From: Octopus sinensis
Taxonomy: Eukaryota
Direction: 5' to 3'
NCBI RefSeq assembly: GCF_006345805.1
Contig: NC_042999.1
Span: 59,582,001 to 59,646,000 of the forward strand
Length of the DNA: 64,000 nt
Part shown: piece after piece, positions 53,610 through 64,000 of the stretch
Layout: each line of letters opens with the position of its first letter
Numbering within the stretch: position 1 is the first letter of the stretch
Notes under the pieces: generated by a model
Database searches by the model: none
What the model saw: only the letters and a program-made list of their open reading frames with translations
Told to the model about the DNA's origin: nothing
Position numbers and translations under genes: made by a program

Positions 53610-54235
53610 AGATAATAACTTTATTTATCAAAAAATGCTATTCAATAAAGCCACTTTCACCTTCAAAATCTGCTTCTATATGACATCTGAATCATCTACA
53701 TGCTCGAATCGAGTGGTGCTAGTTCATTTTAGACATTACTCTGACCATGGTAGCTTTCAAAGAATCTCTGGTGTTATGGGCGTGTTCATTGTCCTCTCGC
53801 ACAAGAACGTTCCCCTTGTAATAGTCCAATGGATTGACTCCTGGGGAATTAGGAGGCCAAATGTTAGGGGTTATGTGATCATAAAAAATTTCAGTCGTCC
53901 ATTCCTGTGTTACTACAGCGATGTGTAATAGTGCAGAGTACTGAAACACATATGGCCTTCCATTGCATACACTGTCTATCCAGGGCTTAATAATTATTTT
54001 CAGGACCTCAATGTAGGCGGCAGAGTTAACTCTAAGGCCTTGTAGAAAGAACTAAGGTGCCATCACATGTCCTTTATTACTGACAACCCCTAAAACCATG
54101 ACAGTTGCAGGGAATTTTCTGTGCATAACACTTGGAACTTCAGCAGGGTCTGCACATAACCATTTGTCATTTCTTCTGTTAACTTGGTCGAAGTTTTTCC
54201 CGTTTGAAAAATCAAATCAAATCTTCTGCTGGCAG
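53610..54235 (-). pseudogene. Tc1/mariner (DD37D/maT-like) transposase fragment
   Basis: FQ.SA..H...TQEW...WPPNSPGVNPLDY matches the WPPNSPDLNPLDY motif. Confidence 0.8.
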
Positions 54236-54291
54236 AGAATCGGGGCAGAGGTGGCGTATACCGGTAACATAGTTATGATAAATAAATGAAC

Positions 54292-54471
54292 AGGCGCAAG
54301 AGTGGCTGTGTGGTAAGTAGCTTGCTTACCAACCACATGGTTCCGGGTTCAGTGCCACTGCGTGGCACCTTGGGCAAGTGTCTTCTACTATAGCCTCGGG
54401 CCGACCAAAGCCTTGTGAGTAGATTTGGTAGACGGAAAATGAAAGAAGCCCATCGTATATATATATCTGTG

Positions 54472-54510
<39 letters not shown>

Positions 54511-54720
54511 GTATGTTTTTATATGTCTGTGTTTGTCCTCTCAACATCGCTTGACAACCGATGCTGGTGTGTTTACGTCCCCGTAACTTAGCGGTTCGGC
54601 AAAGTACTAGGCTTACAACGAATAAGCTCTGGGATCGATCTGCTCGACTAAAGGCCGTGCCCCAGCATGAACGCAGTCAAATGACTGAAATAAGTAAAAG
54701 GGTAAAAGAGTAAAAGAGAA
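54292..54720 (+). mobile_element. SINE family A, full length
   Basis: Consensus match. Confidence 0.9.
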
Positions 54721-55147
54721 CAGTACAGAACATAAAATCTGTAGAGGAATTATTCTAGTAGTCTTGGAAATGTTTGCAAATTTGCCATTATGTCATTTTT
54801 TGCCGGCATAATTAAAGGATTTAAGTGTAACAATAATATATCATATCTTGTGTTATCTGTATTGTTCATGAAGCAAAATGCGTTGTGTTTATACACCCTT
54901 CTTTATGATACAATGTTTAGCATTACAATTGTAACTCGTAGACGAGTGAAATTGTTAGTCTCGGTTGGTTATTGCATGCATATTATGTTGATATGTTTTC
55001 ATTATCATTTTAAGTGCGGGCCGGTGAGCTGTCAGAACCGTTAGCACGCCGTGCAGAATGCTTAGCGGCATTTCGTCCGAATGGACCCCTCACCAAAATA
55101 GTTTGAACCTTGTGCCTAGAATAGAAATGAATATGTAAGTTTACAAA

Positions 55148-55352
55148 GGCGGCGAGCTGGCAGAATCGTTAGCACGCCGGGCGAAATGCTTAGCGGCATT
55201 TGGTCCCTCTTTACGTTCTGAGTTCAAATTCTGCCGAGGTAGACTTTTCCTCCTTCCGGTGGTCGATAAAATAAGTTCCAGTCAAGTACTGAAGTCGATA
55301 TAATCGACAACTCCCCTCCCCCAATATTTCAGGCTTTGTGCTTTTAGTAGAA
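55148..55352 (+). mobile_element. SINE family B monomer
   Basis: GGCGGCGAGCTGGCAGAATCGTTAGCACGCCGGGCGAAATGC head. Confidence 0.88.
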
Positions 55353-55911
55353 AGAACTGTCATTTTAAATGCTGACATTTTTGTACTGTGTATTATTTTG
55401 CACGTATAATTTTATTTTCTGTAAGAGCGTCTTTCTAGCATTTATGCTGTCAATGCGAAATATCGTTCAAGGTGTCAGATGTTGCTAAGTGTGACTTTTC
55501 GTATTATATGATCATTTTCTTGCCTCAAAATCGTTTTGAATTGTAACAGATATGTCTGTATTCATAAAATACAAAAAAATTCCAGGTGAATGGGAATCTA
55601 AAGAGGTTTTATATATTTGCGTTTATTTTCAATTTATTTTTTTAAATACGATGCCCGATGATAATAAAATACATGTTTGTATATGCGTGTGTGATGATAT
55701 CGATCAGTGATGTACGTGAAGGGTTTTGTGGGTTGGCTATATCTGAGTCTTGATTATCACCAATTGAATAATTATATTGAATAATATAATTAAGTACTAA
55801 TGCCATATATTTGTGTGTGTGTGTTTGTGTGTATGTATATATGCTGATATGTATGTATATTAGTATATATAGATATCAAAATATAGATAGATATGTATGT
55901 ATGTACGTATT

Positions 55912-55952
<41 letters not shown>

Positions 55953-56305
55953 ATAAAACGGTAAGATAACAAAAGAAAGAAAGAGACCTCAATATTATGT
56001 AAATAGAGGAAATTTATCTATACAATATGTTACATTACTCGGTAGTCAAGATAAAACTCTGAGTTTCAGATGCCGAAGTGGAAATCCACAACACCATCTC
56101 TTCGGTTATCTGGCTATTTGAAAACGTTATGAAAAAATACCGTTAAAAATGAAGGGAAATTACTCTGTTATAACTCTGCTTTGCCTGCGTACTTATACAT
56201 CGCTCGCATTTTTCGTCATAAAAATTATATAAAAATACATAAAAATATATAAAAATATATAAAAATATATAAAATCTTCTTGGGACATAACACAGAAAGC
56301 ATGTT

Positions 56306-57076
56306 CTATCCGTTTTCTTTAGGGGACCAAAAACGTAACAGAAATTTAGTCACATGTGGGCATGATCCGAAAAGCTCTGTCCTTGTATTTAGACATGTGG
56401 TAGGGTCTAAGCTGCTTTTCCAGATAAGCCATCTCTCCATGTCGCATAAAACCCACCTTCCGCTGCCGTTAGTATAGGGCTTACATCTGGCCAAAATCTT
56501 CCATTGTATGTTATAATCGACACCTTTATCTCTTAAAGACCAAATATGATTGGATAATTGTGTCGCTTTTCTTTTGTTCCAGTGCCTAAAGCTCAAAGTG
56601 TGGTTATTGAACCTGGCCTTGAAATTACCCTCTGTCAGGCCCACGTATTTCTTCGTCGAAACGGTGTCTTTAGTGGTTATAGAGTTTACGGTAGCTTCAT
56701 ATATGATGGTCTTGGACATGCAAGCTCCATTTAGCGGGCACAATTCTTTATTCCTGCATGAACAGCTGTTTTCTTCTTGTGTTTTTTGTATGTTATGATT
56801 GATTATGTTTTTAAAATTGGTAGTTGAACTAAAACTAATTTTTAAATTGTGTCTATTAAAGAGTTTCCTATAAGCATGGTTAACTGGAAAATGTCTATCT
56901 ATCAGTGCTAGGAAATATTTACCTATATTGAAGGCCACCTCGGGTGAGTAAGGGGGCGTAAACCAGATGACCTTCCTATTTCTATTATTCCTTTTCCTTA
57001 TTGTTGGGCTGGTGATAGGTGTATATTTTATTTTTTCGCTAAAACCACTATCTTTTAAAGCTTTATTATAAACTGT
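56306..57076 (-). CDS. PLE RT-thumb/linker + GIY-YIG endonuclease, 5'-truncated (left arm)
   Basis: Open frame YNKALKDSGF..IWFTPPYS..CSCRNKELCPLNGAC..IIYEATV..YVGLTE.NFKARFNNH. Confidence 0.8.
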   Translation of the reverse strand, partial: TVYNKALKDSGFSEKIKYTPITSPTIRKRNNRNRKVIWFTPPYSPEVAFNIGKYFLALIDRHFPVNHAYRKLFNRHNLKISFSSTTNFKNIINHNIQKTQEENSCSCRNKELCPLNGACMSKTIIYEATVNSITTKDTVSTKKYVGLTEGNFKARFNNHTLSFRHWNKRKATQLSNHIWSLRDKGVDYNIQWKILARCKPYTNGSGRWVLCDMERWLIWKSSLDPTTCLNTRTELFGSCPHVTKFLLRFWSPKENG

Positions 57077-57084
57077 TTATTATA

Positions 57085-57855
57085 ACAGTTTATAATAAAG
57101 CTTTAAAAGATAGTGGTTTTAGCGAAAAAATAAAATATACACCTATCACCAGCCCAACAATAAGGAAAAGGAATAATAGAAATAGGAAGGTCATCTGGTT
57201 TACGCCCCCTTACTCACCCGAGGTGGCCTTCAATATAGGTAAATATTTCCTAGCACTGATAGATAGACATTTTCCAGTTAACCATGCTTATAGGAAACTC
57301 TTTAATAGACACAATTTAAAAATTAGTTTTAGTTCAACTACCAATTTTAAAAACATAATCAATCATAACATACAAAAAACACAAGAAGAAAACAGCTGTT
57401 CATGCAGGAATAAAGAATTGTGCCCGCTAAATGGAGCTTGCATGTCCAAGACCATCATATATGAAGCTACCGTAAACTCTATAACCACTAAAGACACCGT
57501 TTCGACGAAGAAATACGTGGGCCTGACAGAGGGTAATTTCAAGGCCAGGTTCAATAACCACACTTTGAGCTTTAGGCACTGGAACAAAAGAAAAGCGACA
57601 CAATTATCCAATCATATTTGGTCTTTAAGAGATAAAGGTGTCGATTATAACATACAATGGAAGATTTTGGCCAGATGTAAGCCCTATACTAACGGCAGCG
57701 GAAGGTGCGGTTTATGCGACATGGAGAGATGGCTTATCTGGAAAAGCAGCTTAGACCCTACCACATGTCTAAATACAAGGACAGAGCTTTTCGGATCATG
57801 CCCACATGTGACTAAATTTCTGTTACGTTTTTGGTCCCCTAAAGAAAACGGATAG
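57085..57855 (+). CDS. PLE RT-thumb/linker + GIY-YIG endonuclease, 5'-truncated (right arm)
   Basis: Same protein with the CxxC intact (RCGLC); the annotated start at 57223 is GTG and the frame is open from the hairpin centre. Confidence 0.82.
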   Translation, partial: TVYNKALKDSGFSEKIKYTPITSPTIRKRNNRNRKVIWFTPPYSPEVAFNIGKYFLALIDRHFPVNHAYRKLFNRHNLKISFSSTTNFKNIINHNIQKTQEENSCSCRNKELCPLNGACMSKTIIYEATVNSITTKDTVSTKKYVGLTEGNFKARFNNHTLSFRHWNKRKATQLSNHIWSLRDKGVDYNIQWKILARCKPYTNGSGRCGLCDMERWLIWKSSLDPTTCLNTRTELFGSCPHVTKFLLRFWSPKENG

Positions 57856-58050
57856 AACATGCTTTCTGTGTTATGTCCCAAGAAGATTTTATATATTTTT
57901 ATATATTTTTATATATTTTTATGTATTTTTATATAATTTTTATGACGAAAAATGCGAGCGATGTATAAGTACGCAGGCAAAGCAGAGTTATAACAGAGTA
58001 ATTTCCCTTCATTTTTAACGGTATTTTTTCATAACGTTTTCAAATAGCCA

Positions 58051-58111
58051 GATAACCGAAGAGATGGTGTTGTGGATTTCCACTTCGGCATCTGAAACTC
58101 AGAGTTTTATC
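58051..58111 (+). ncRNA. Type I hammerhead-like motif in the PLE 3' pLTR (mirror copy 56050-56110, minus)
   Basis: GATAA CCGAAGA GATG...CATC T GAAA CTC A GAG TT TTATC. Stems I, II and III pair; core variant U4C and a 1-nt register shift. Confidence 0.6.
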
Positions 58112-58143
58112 TTGACTACCGAGTAATGTAACATATTGTATAG

Positions 58144-58176
<33 letters not shown>

Positions 58177-59257
58177 CGTGTATATATATATGGGTGAGTG
58201 TATATATTTATATATATATATATACGCATGCATACATTTATTCATATACACACATAGATATGCATGTGTGTGTGTGTGCATGTGCGTGTGTGCATACGTG
58301 AGTGTGTATAACATTATACACACTAACAAAATGAAAAATTAGGAAGTTTATAAAATGTTTTCGGTTTCCCTATTTTTTAAAATTTTATATATATATATAT
58401 ATATTGTCGATATTTAATCAGTCAAGCAATCGTAAATTGATAATATGATTTTAAAAAAATAACTAAATTGATTCTGGAAACGACGGTTTACCTTTTGTGA
58501 TTTTCTTAGGAATTTTAGTTCACTAGCATCCATGTTGCTCTTGTCCCACATTTTCTTTGATCTTTTTGTAGTCTTTTTACTTAATTCGACGACTTTTAAG
58601 TTTCCGAATTGACAAAAGTACCCCCTTTTTTTTTTCCTCTCTAGATATCTCACACACATTGGAATTCAAAAAAGGAAATGCTGATAAAAACATAACAAAA
58701 TAACTTGAAAAGTTGATATTTTAAAATAGAATTTTCAAAAAATCAAAAGAACTAAATTTTATATGAAGGAACGGATAAAATCTTTTTCTCGTCTTTTTGC
58801 ATCCTTTTATCTTATTCGATGAATCACAATACATATAAAGAATTTGTCAATTTACGTTGGCTTGCAAAACGTAGAGAAATTATTAGTTTTTTTTTCTTTT
58901 CCTCTTCATTTCTGTTTTTAAATTGTTGCTTTAAATAAATTGATCTTTTTCGTTAAAATAATTTTTTCCTTGGTTATTTTATCTCTTCATTCTAAAGAAC
59001 TGTTGAATCAGCGGAAATCCAGAATACGTGTCCTGAAATGGTACGGTCTTTTTTTTTTTTTTTTTTTTTTGTTCTCCTTCGTCTTTTCTACACCAGACTC
59101 AATCACACGATGTTTCAGAATTGAAAAGAGAAAACGATCGAAAAAAGAAAGAGTCAGAATAAAACAAAATGTAAAAAAAAAATTTGAAGAACGTTGAAAG
59201 TTTCCAGTAAAAAAAGCTGATGAACATTTTTAAGAAACAGGCAAATTAAAATACATT

Positions 59258-59293
<36 letters not shown>

Positions 59294-59799
59294 TATTCTC
59301 TTCTTCTAACAGATATACATACATACACGTGAAGGCGCGTGGCCTAGTGCTGAGGTTGTTGCACTCTCGATCGCTAGATCGTCGATTCGACTCCCAGACT
59401 GGGCGGCCCCTTGTGTTCTTGAGCAAAATACTTCATTTCAGACCAGCGATGTGTAACAACATCTAATAGCCTGGTCTGTCATATGATCATGTGATATATA
59501 CATACACACATAATATCTTTTATTCTTTTACGCGTTCCCACCATCGCACTGTGGTTGTGCTGGGGACTACCTTGAGCGGTTTAGTCGGACAAACCCGCCC
59601 CTGTCGAGTCCCCTTGCTAATTATATTAGTCTCATTTTTTGCTGAAGTGCGAGCTGCAGCAACACAACCAAACTAGCTCTACTTGTCTAGTAGTGGACAC
59701 ACAAACACAGATGCAAACACGCACAAATTGATAGTCAGGTATATACATGCATATATGTATGTAAGTATTCGTATGTTGTATATATATATAATATATATA

Positions 59800-59839
<40 letters not shown>

Positions 59840-60059
59840 AATTATGTACAACTTTTGGTATATCTCCACTGGTGAAGGCAAAATGTTCTATTACCAAGCC
59901 ACAAATCGTCGATCTCGGACTAACCATTATTATTTTTTTAATTTCTTCATTTATTTAAATGTGCTATAGGAATACATGATGTAGTTTAGAGCCAGTTTTG
60001 ACTTCTATATCTAGCATATGGTACTTCTCCAGTATTATATATATATATATTTTTTTTTT

Positions 60060-60395
60060 TTCCTAGTTTCAGCTCAGAGCCGCGGCCATGCTGATGCACC
60101 GCCGTCCTGTGCTACACTGTTATTACGACGAACCTCGTCCAATATGTGGCACTTGGTGAAGAATGGAGTTTGATATAGCTACTCTCATTTGCACATCCTG
60201 CCGTGAGGTAGGTTCATCTGGGACTCTTGACAGGAAGATGTCCAGCTTTGATTTAAAAACCGCTACATCCACTTTGTGCAAGTTCCTCAGACTCTTTGGG
60301 AGAATATTAAAAAGCTGTGGGCCCTTGAAAACCAGGCTGTTGCAGAAGCTGGTCCTGAAGCGTGATGGCATTGCTGGGATCTTTGGCACTATGGG
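60060..60395 (-). mobile_element. CR1/L2-group LINE 3' end
   Basis: FKGPQLFNILPKSLRNL...FKSKLDIFLSRVPDEP; A-rich tail near 60051-60061. Confidence 0.8.
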
Positions 60396-60561
60396 TACTA
60401 ATTATATATATATATATATATTATATATATATATATATATATCTAAATCAATTATTACCCATACGGTTTTTTCCATGCTTGGCTACTTGATATGATCGTT
60501 ATTTGAAATATATAAGTATATAAGCGCAGGAGTGGCTGTGTGGTAAGTAGCTTTGCTAACC

Positions 60562-63500
60562 TCACTGACAGAAGAGTGACTTTGCTTACCGTACTACGGT
60601 TTGGACGCGTTTTCTTCCCGGTAAGAGTTTTGCTGTGTTGTTAATTGTTGAATTCCTACTACTGAAAATTTGCCTTTAAACGCTGCTGAACTGTCTTGTT
60701 CTCCGGTTTTACCGGGAAATAATTGAATAATTTCTTACCGTTGAACTGTTAGCCACTGTGGCTTGTTATTTACGTGACTATATATAGTCCTGCCAGACTA
60801 TTTTCGTGCCCCTCCCCCGAATGGGGGTGGGAATTGGAATTTTTGAACTGCTTTTTTGAACTACTTTGGAAGAAAAACTTTCTATAGGTTTCCCAGTTTT
60901 GTGGGAAACCAATACTCGTAATTTTTGTGTTGTCTAATTTCAACAGAATAATGTCTGTTGAAATTATTCACGAAAGTAGTGCTCTTGAGGAGAGCAATGT
61001 TAAAAAATTTTCTGAGGTAGCCGCGGTGGCTGCCGAGAACATTGACATCGATGTCAACCAGCTCGTCGAGCTATTTAAAAGAATGCAAGAGGAGGGTGGT
61101 GATGTTAAAATATCACCCTCCGCCAGTATCGTGGAGACCGAGAAGCGGACCGTAGTGTTTAAAACTTTCTGTCCACAAAGCAGAAGGTTCAAACACTTTG
61201 AAAAAAGCACCATCGAGAAATGCCTGTCCCCGATTTGGAAGGACATCGTGTACGTCGCCAAGGGACGGGCATATGGCACTGTGGATGTCCGCTTCTCGGG
61301 GGAAGAAATGGCCCGCGGGCATTCTGTGAACCCCCTAAAAACCAAGGAGGTGGTACTTTTCCCAAGCTATAGGGGACGCAGGACGTCCCGGGTCAGGATT
61401 GTAGAAGCCCCGCCGGAAGTAGATCCGTAGAGGTAGTGGTCGCCCTATTATATAAAAGGGCGGACAAAATAAAAATACTAGAAGTACATGCTCTACCCCT
61501 CGATTTTGGCTCGGGCGTAACATTAATATATTAATTCAAGGAACAGCGGAGGACCTACAGCTCCTTCCTGAGAGGGTGCTCGTGGGCGAGAACGTAGCCC
61601 TCAGGGTACAGGTCGAAGGCCGAAAACCCACCTGTTACGCCTGCGGCAAAAAGGGCCACATTCGTGTAGACTGTCCAGACAAGTAAAAGAAACCGCAGAC
61701 ACCAGGCCCCTCAGATAATAAAAAAGTCCCTACCCTTGCAAACACACCTACCCCTACAAAAACAAAAAATCCCACTCCTGCTGTTACGGTGCCAACCCCA
61801 AAACACGACTGAAGAAAAAACCCAGCCCTCGCACTCACAAACCCCTACACTATTAAACCTCCCACCCCCCCCCTAAAACTGCGGCGCCTACCGAACAATC
61901 TATTGCTACCCCAGACGATACCATGGAGGTATCAGAGGGGGGATTTACACCAGTTCGTAAAAGAATTCGTGCAGCATCCCCGTCCACATCCCCTACAAAA
62001 AATAATAAAAACAAAGACACACCACAGACAGGGAAAAAAAAATCCCGCTCAACTGGCCCAGAAAAAGAAGACAAAAAAGAAAATGAACTCATATTAATTG
62101 AATTCGACACACAAGACAAATACATAAACGATATTGTGGTTCAGCATCAGTCAGCAAGACTGTACAACAAATACAAAGATCGAAATAGACACGCGTGGAT
62201 TGCGGAAACAACGTTCAAACAATTAAAAGACAGACACCCAACACCATCCGGCATGTCGCGAACTTGCCGGACTATCTGAAGAAGAGGAGAAAGAAGGGGC
62301 CCACAAACGTGTGGTGAGGTCGGCCCCCCCCTCTCCAACGAAATGTAAGTAGAACTTTTACTTTTTGTAATGGCTTCGCTTAACCTTGGTTGTTTAATGT
62401 GCGTGGTCTGAGTTCGAAGTGGAAGCAGGCTTGTTTCCTCGACGACGACCTCAGATCACATGATATACATGTGATGGTTGCTACAGAGACCAAGCTGGAC
62501 AGCCTACAAACCTTCTCGCCTCTCCTGAATGGCTACGAGAAAATCATGTCTCCTGGCCAGACCGGAGGGCGAGGGGGCGTAGTGGTACTGATCCGTAAAG
62601 ACTTGGCTCTACAGACAAGTACAGTCTATGTAGACCCAGAAGGTGGGCTGGTCGTCCTTGATGTGACATACAGCAGTAAGGCCTTCAGGTTGATCGGACT
62701 CTATGCACCTTGTGCTAGAGGTTTCCAAACTGATTTTTATCGGCGCCTAGAGGGCTTTCTCGTGACGTCGAAGACTTTAGTGATATTAGGGGACTTTAAT
62801 GCTATCGTTGACGTACACATCGATAGCGTTGGCTCGATCTATAGGAAAGTGAACTCACGTCTCGTGGATCTGCTTAAGCGGTTTCAGCTAGCAGATCGTT
62901 ACAGACTTTACCATCCGAACGTCCCAGAGTGGACCTGGATGAGTGGCGACGGAAGGTTCAAGTCTTATCTAGACAGGATAGTGATAAGAACTAGAGATAA
63001 GTCTAGTTTTAGTTGTCCACAGCTCGTCCAGGTGCCCTATACTGACCATAGAATGGTCACGTGTAGACTGGACATAGATAGCACACTTAAGATAGGAACC
63101 GGCTACTGGAAGCTGAACAAGTCTATTTTGACACGCGAGGCATACCGTAGCCGGATTAAGGTGTTAGTGCAGAGGGCGTTAACCGGAGCCGTGGTTAATA
63201 ACCGGTGGTGGTTCACCCTCAAAAGAGCCATTCGATTCGAGTCCATTAGATTTAGTAAACAACTAAGACTAGATAGGGCTAGAATAGAAGGGCAACTAGT
63301 TAAGAACTTAGAGGAGGCGTTGAGGTTGGGCTCTGCATCTCACATTTTAGCGGCGAGAACGGCATTAGACCGTCACCTCAAAACCAAACATGAGGGATGT
63401 AGAGTCCGGGCTAAAGTACGAGCATTGGGCCGTGAGGGAATTAATGTTGCCGGATGGGCCCGTACGATAGAAACACAGCGTGGAAACGATGCCACAATTG

Positions 63501-63731
63501 GGTCTCTGTGATGAAAAAACGGATGCACGATCAAGAAGCGGGACGAGATGTGTGAGGCACTTCACAAGCACTTCGCCGAGTTGTTCGGGAGGTGCGGGAC
63601 GCTGGATCATGGTGAGGCCCTTAGGGACTTCCTGTCTGGTGGCCCGCGCCTCTCGACACGAGAGGCTGAGTGCTGTGAAGGGCCAATCACAGCCGAGGAA
63701 GTAATCGAGGTGTTGGGCAAGTGCCCCGGGG
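60562..63731 (+). mobile_element. L1/Tx1-like LINE: 5' UTR, ORF1 (CCHC) and 3'-truncated ORF2
   Basis: ORF1 ATG at 60951 with CYACGKKGHIRVDC at 61632; ORF2 starts at 62370. Confidence 0.9.
62370..63731 (+). pseudogene. Tx1/L1 ORF2 APE endonuclease domain plus linker (RT missing)
   Basis: NVRGL, TETK, GGVVVL, LYAP, LGDFNA, WTW, SYLDRI, TDH, GYWKLN, GPITAEEV. Confidence 0.9.
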
Positions 63732-63884
63732 AGAATAGTGAAAGTCAAGTTTCATCATATTTAGACAGGAAGAACTATTGCCAAATTTTTTCTAATTCTT
63801 ATTTGACCTGGCTCAAATATGTCACGTGGTTACAATGCTTTCGTTCGAGGCAGTCGGAGCTCGTTTTCTCTACCAACCAACATG

Positions 63885-63918
<34 letters not shown>

Positions 63919-64000
63919 TGATGATGATGACTCAACATCACAATCTTAGTTGCTTTGCCTTGTATAGGATCTAGAAACTGAGTCTTAAAGGAAGTGTCAT

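Larger units (their letters stand above)
55952..58146. mobile_element. Head-to-head palindromic Penelope-like element (1063-bp arms, 6-nt loop) within (TA)n
   Basis: Arms 56015-57077 and 57084-58146 are reverse complements; the only differences I noticed are RWVLC versus RCGLC. Confidence 0.93.

Overview
AT-rich, microsatellite-dense animal genomic DNA; the SINE families and repeat landscape resemble octopus/coleoid cephalopod genomes, which is my recollection and not a search result. I see no credible host-gene exon, so the window is intergenic or deep intronic, and most ORFs in the track are microsatellite artefacts. It is a mosaic of mobile elements. There are three tRNA-derived SINE families (about 35 copies, some multimeric) and three L1/Tx1-like LINEs with zinc-knuckle ORF1, one with an APE ORF2. 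Penelope-like elements (PLEs) include a nearly complete RT+GIY-YIG copy, a near-perfect 2.1-kb GIY-YIG palindrome and several hammerhead-like motifs. Also present are RTE, CR1-like and Dong/R4-like LINE fragments, hAT, Tigger, mariner and DD37D transposase relics, a fold-back MITE with telomeric repeats and an 8-bp TSD, and a 540-bp non-coding element found three times, always inside (TAA)n. Most notable: (1) all three Tx1-like LINEs abut tRNA-SINE heads at matching positions, suggesting targeting of Pol III units; (2) fold-back PLE palindromes carrying hammerhead-like motifs; (3) the (TAA)n-specific non-coding retroposon; (4) an RTE copy with twin-priming-type 5' inversion.
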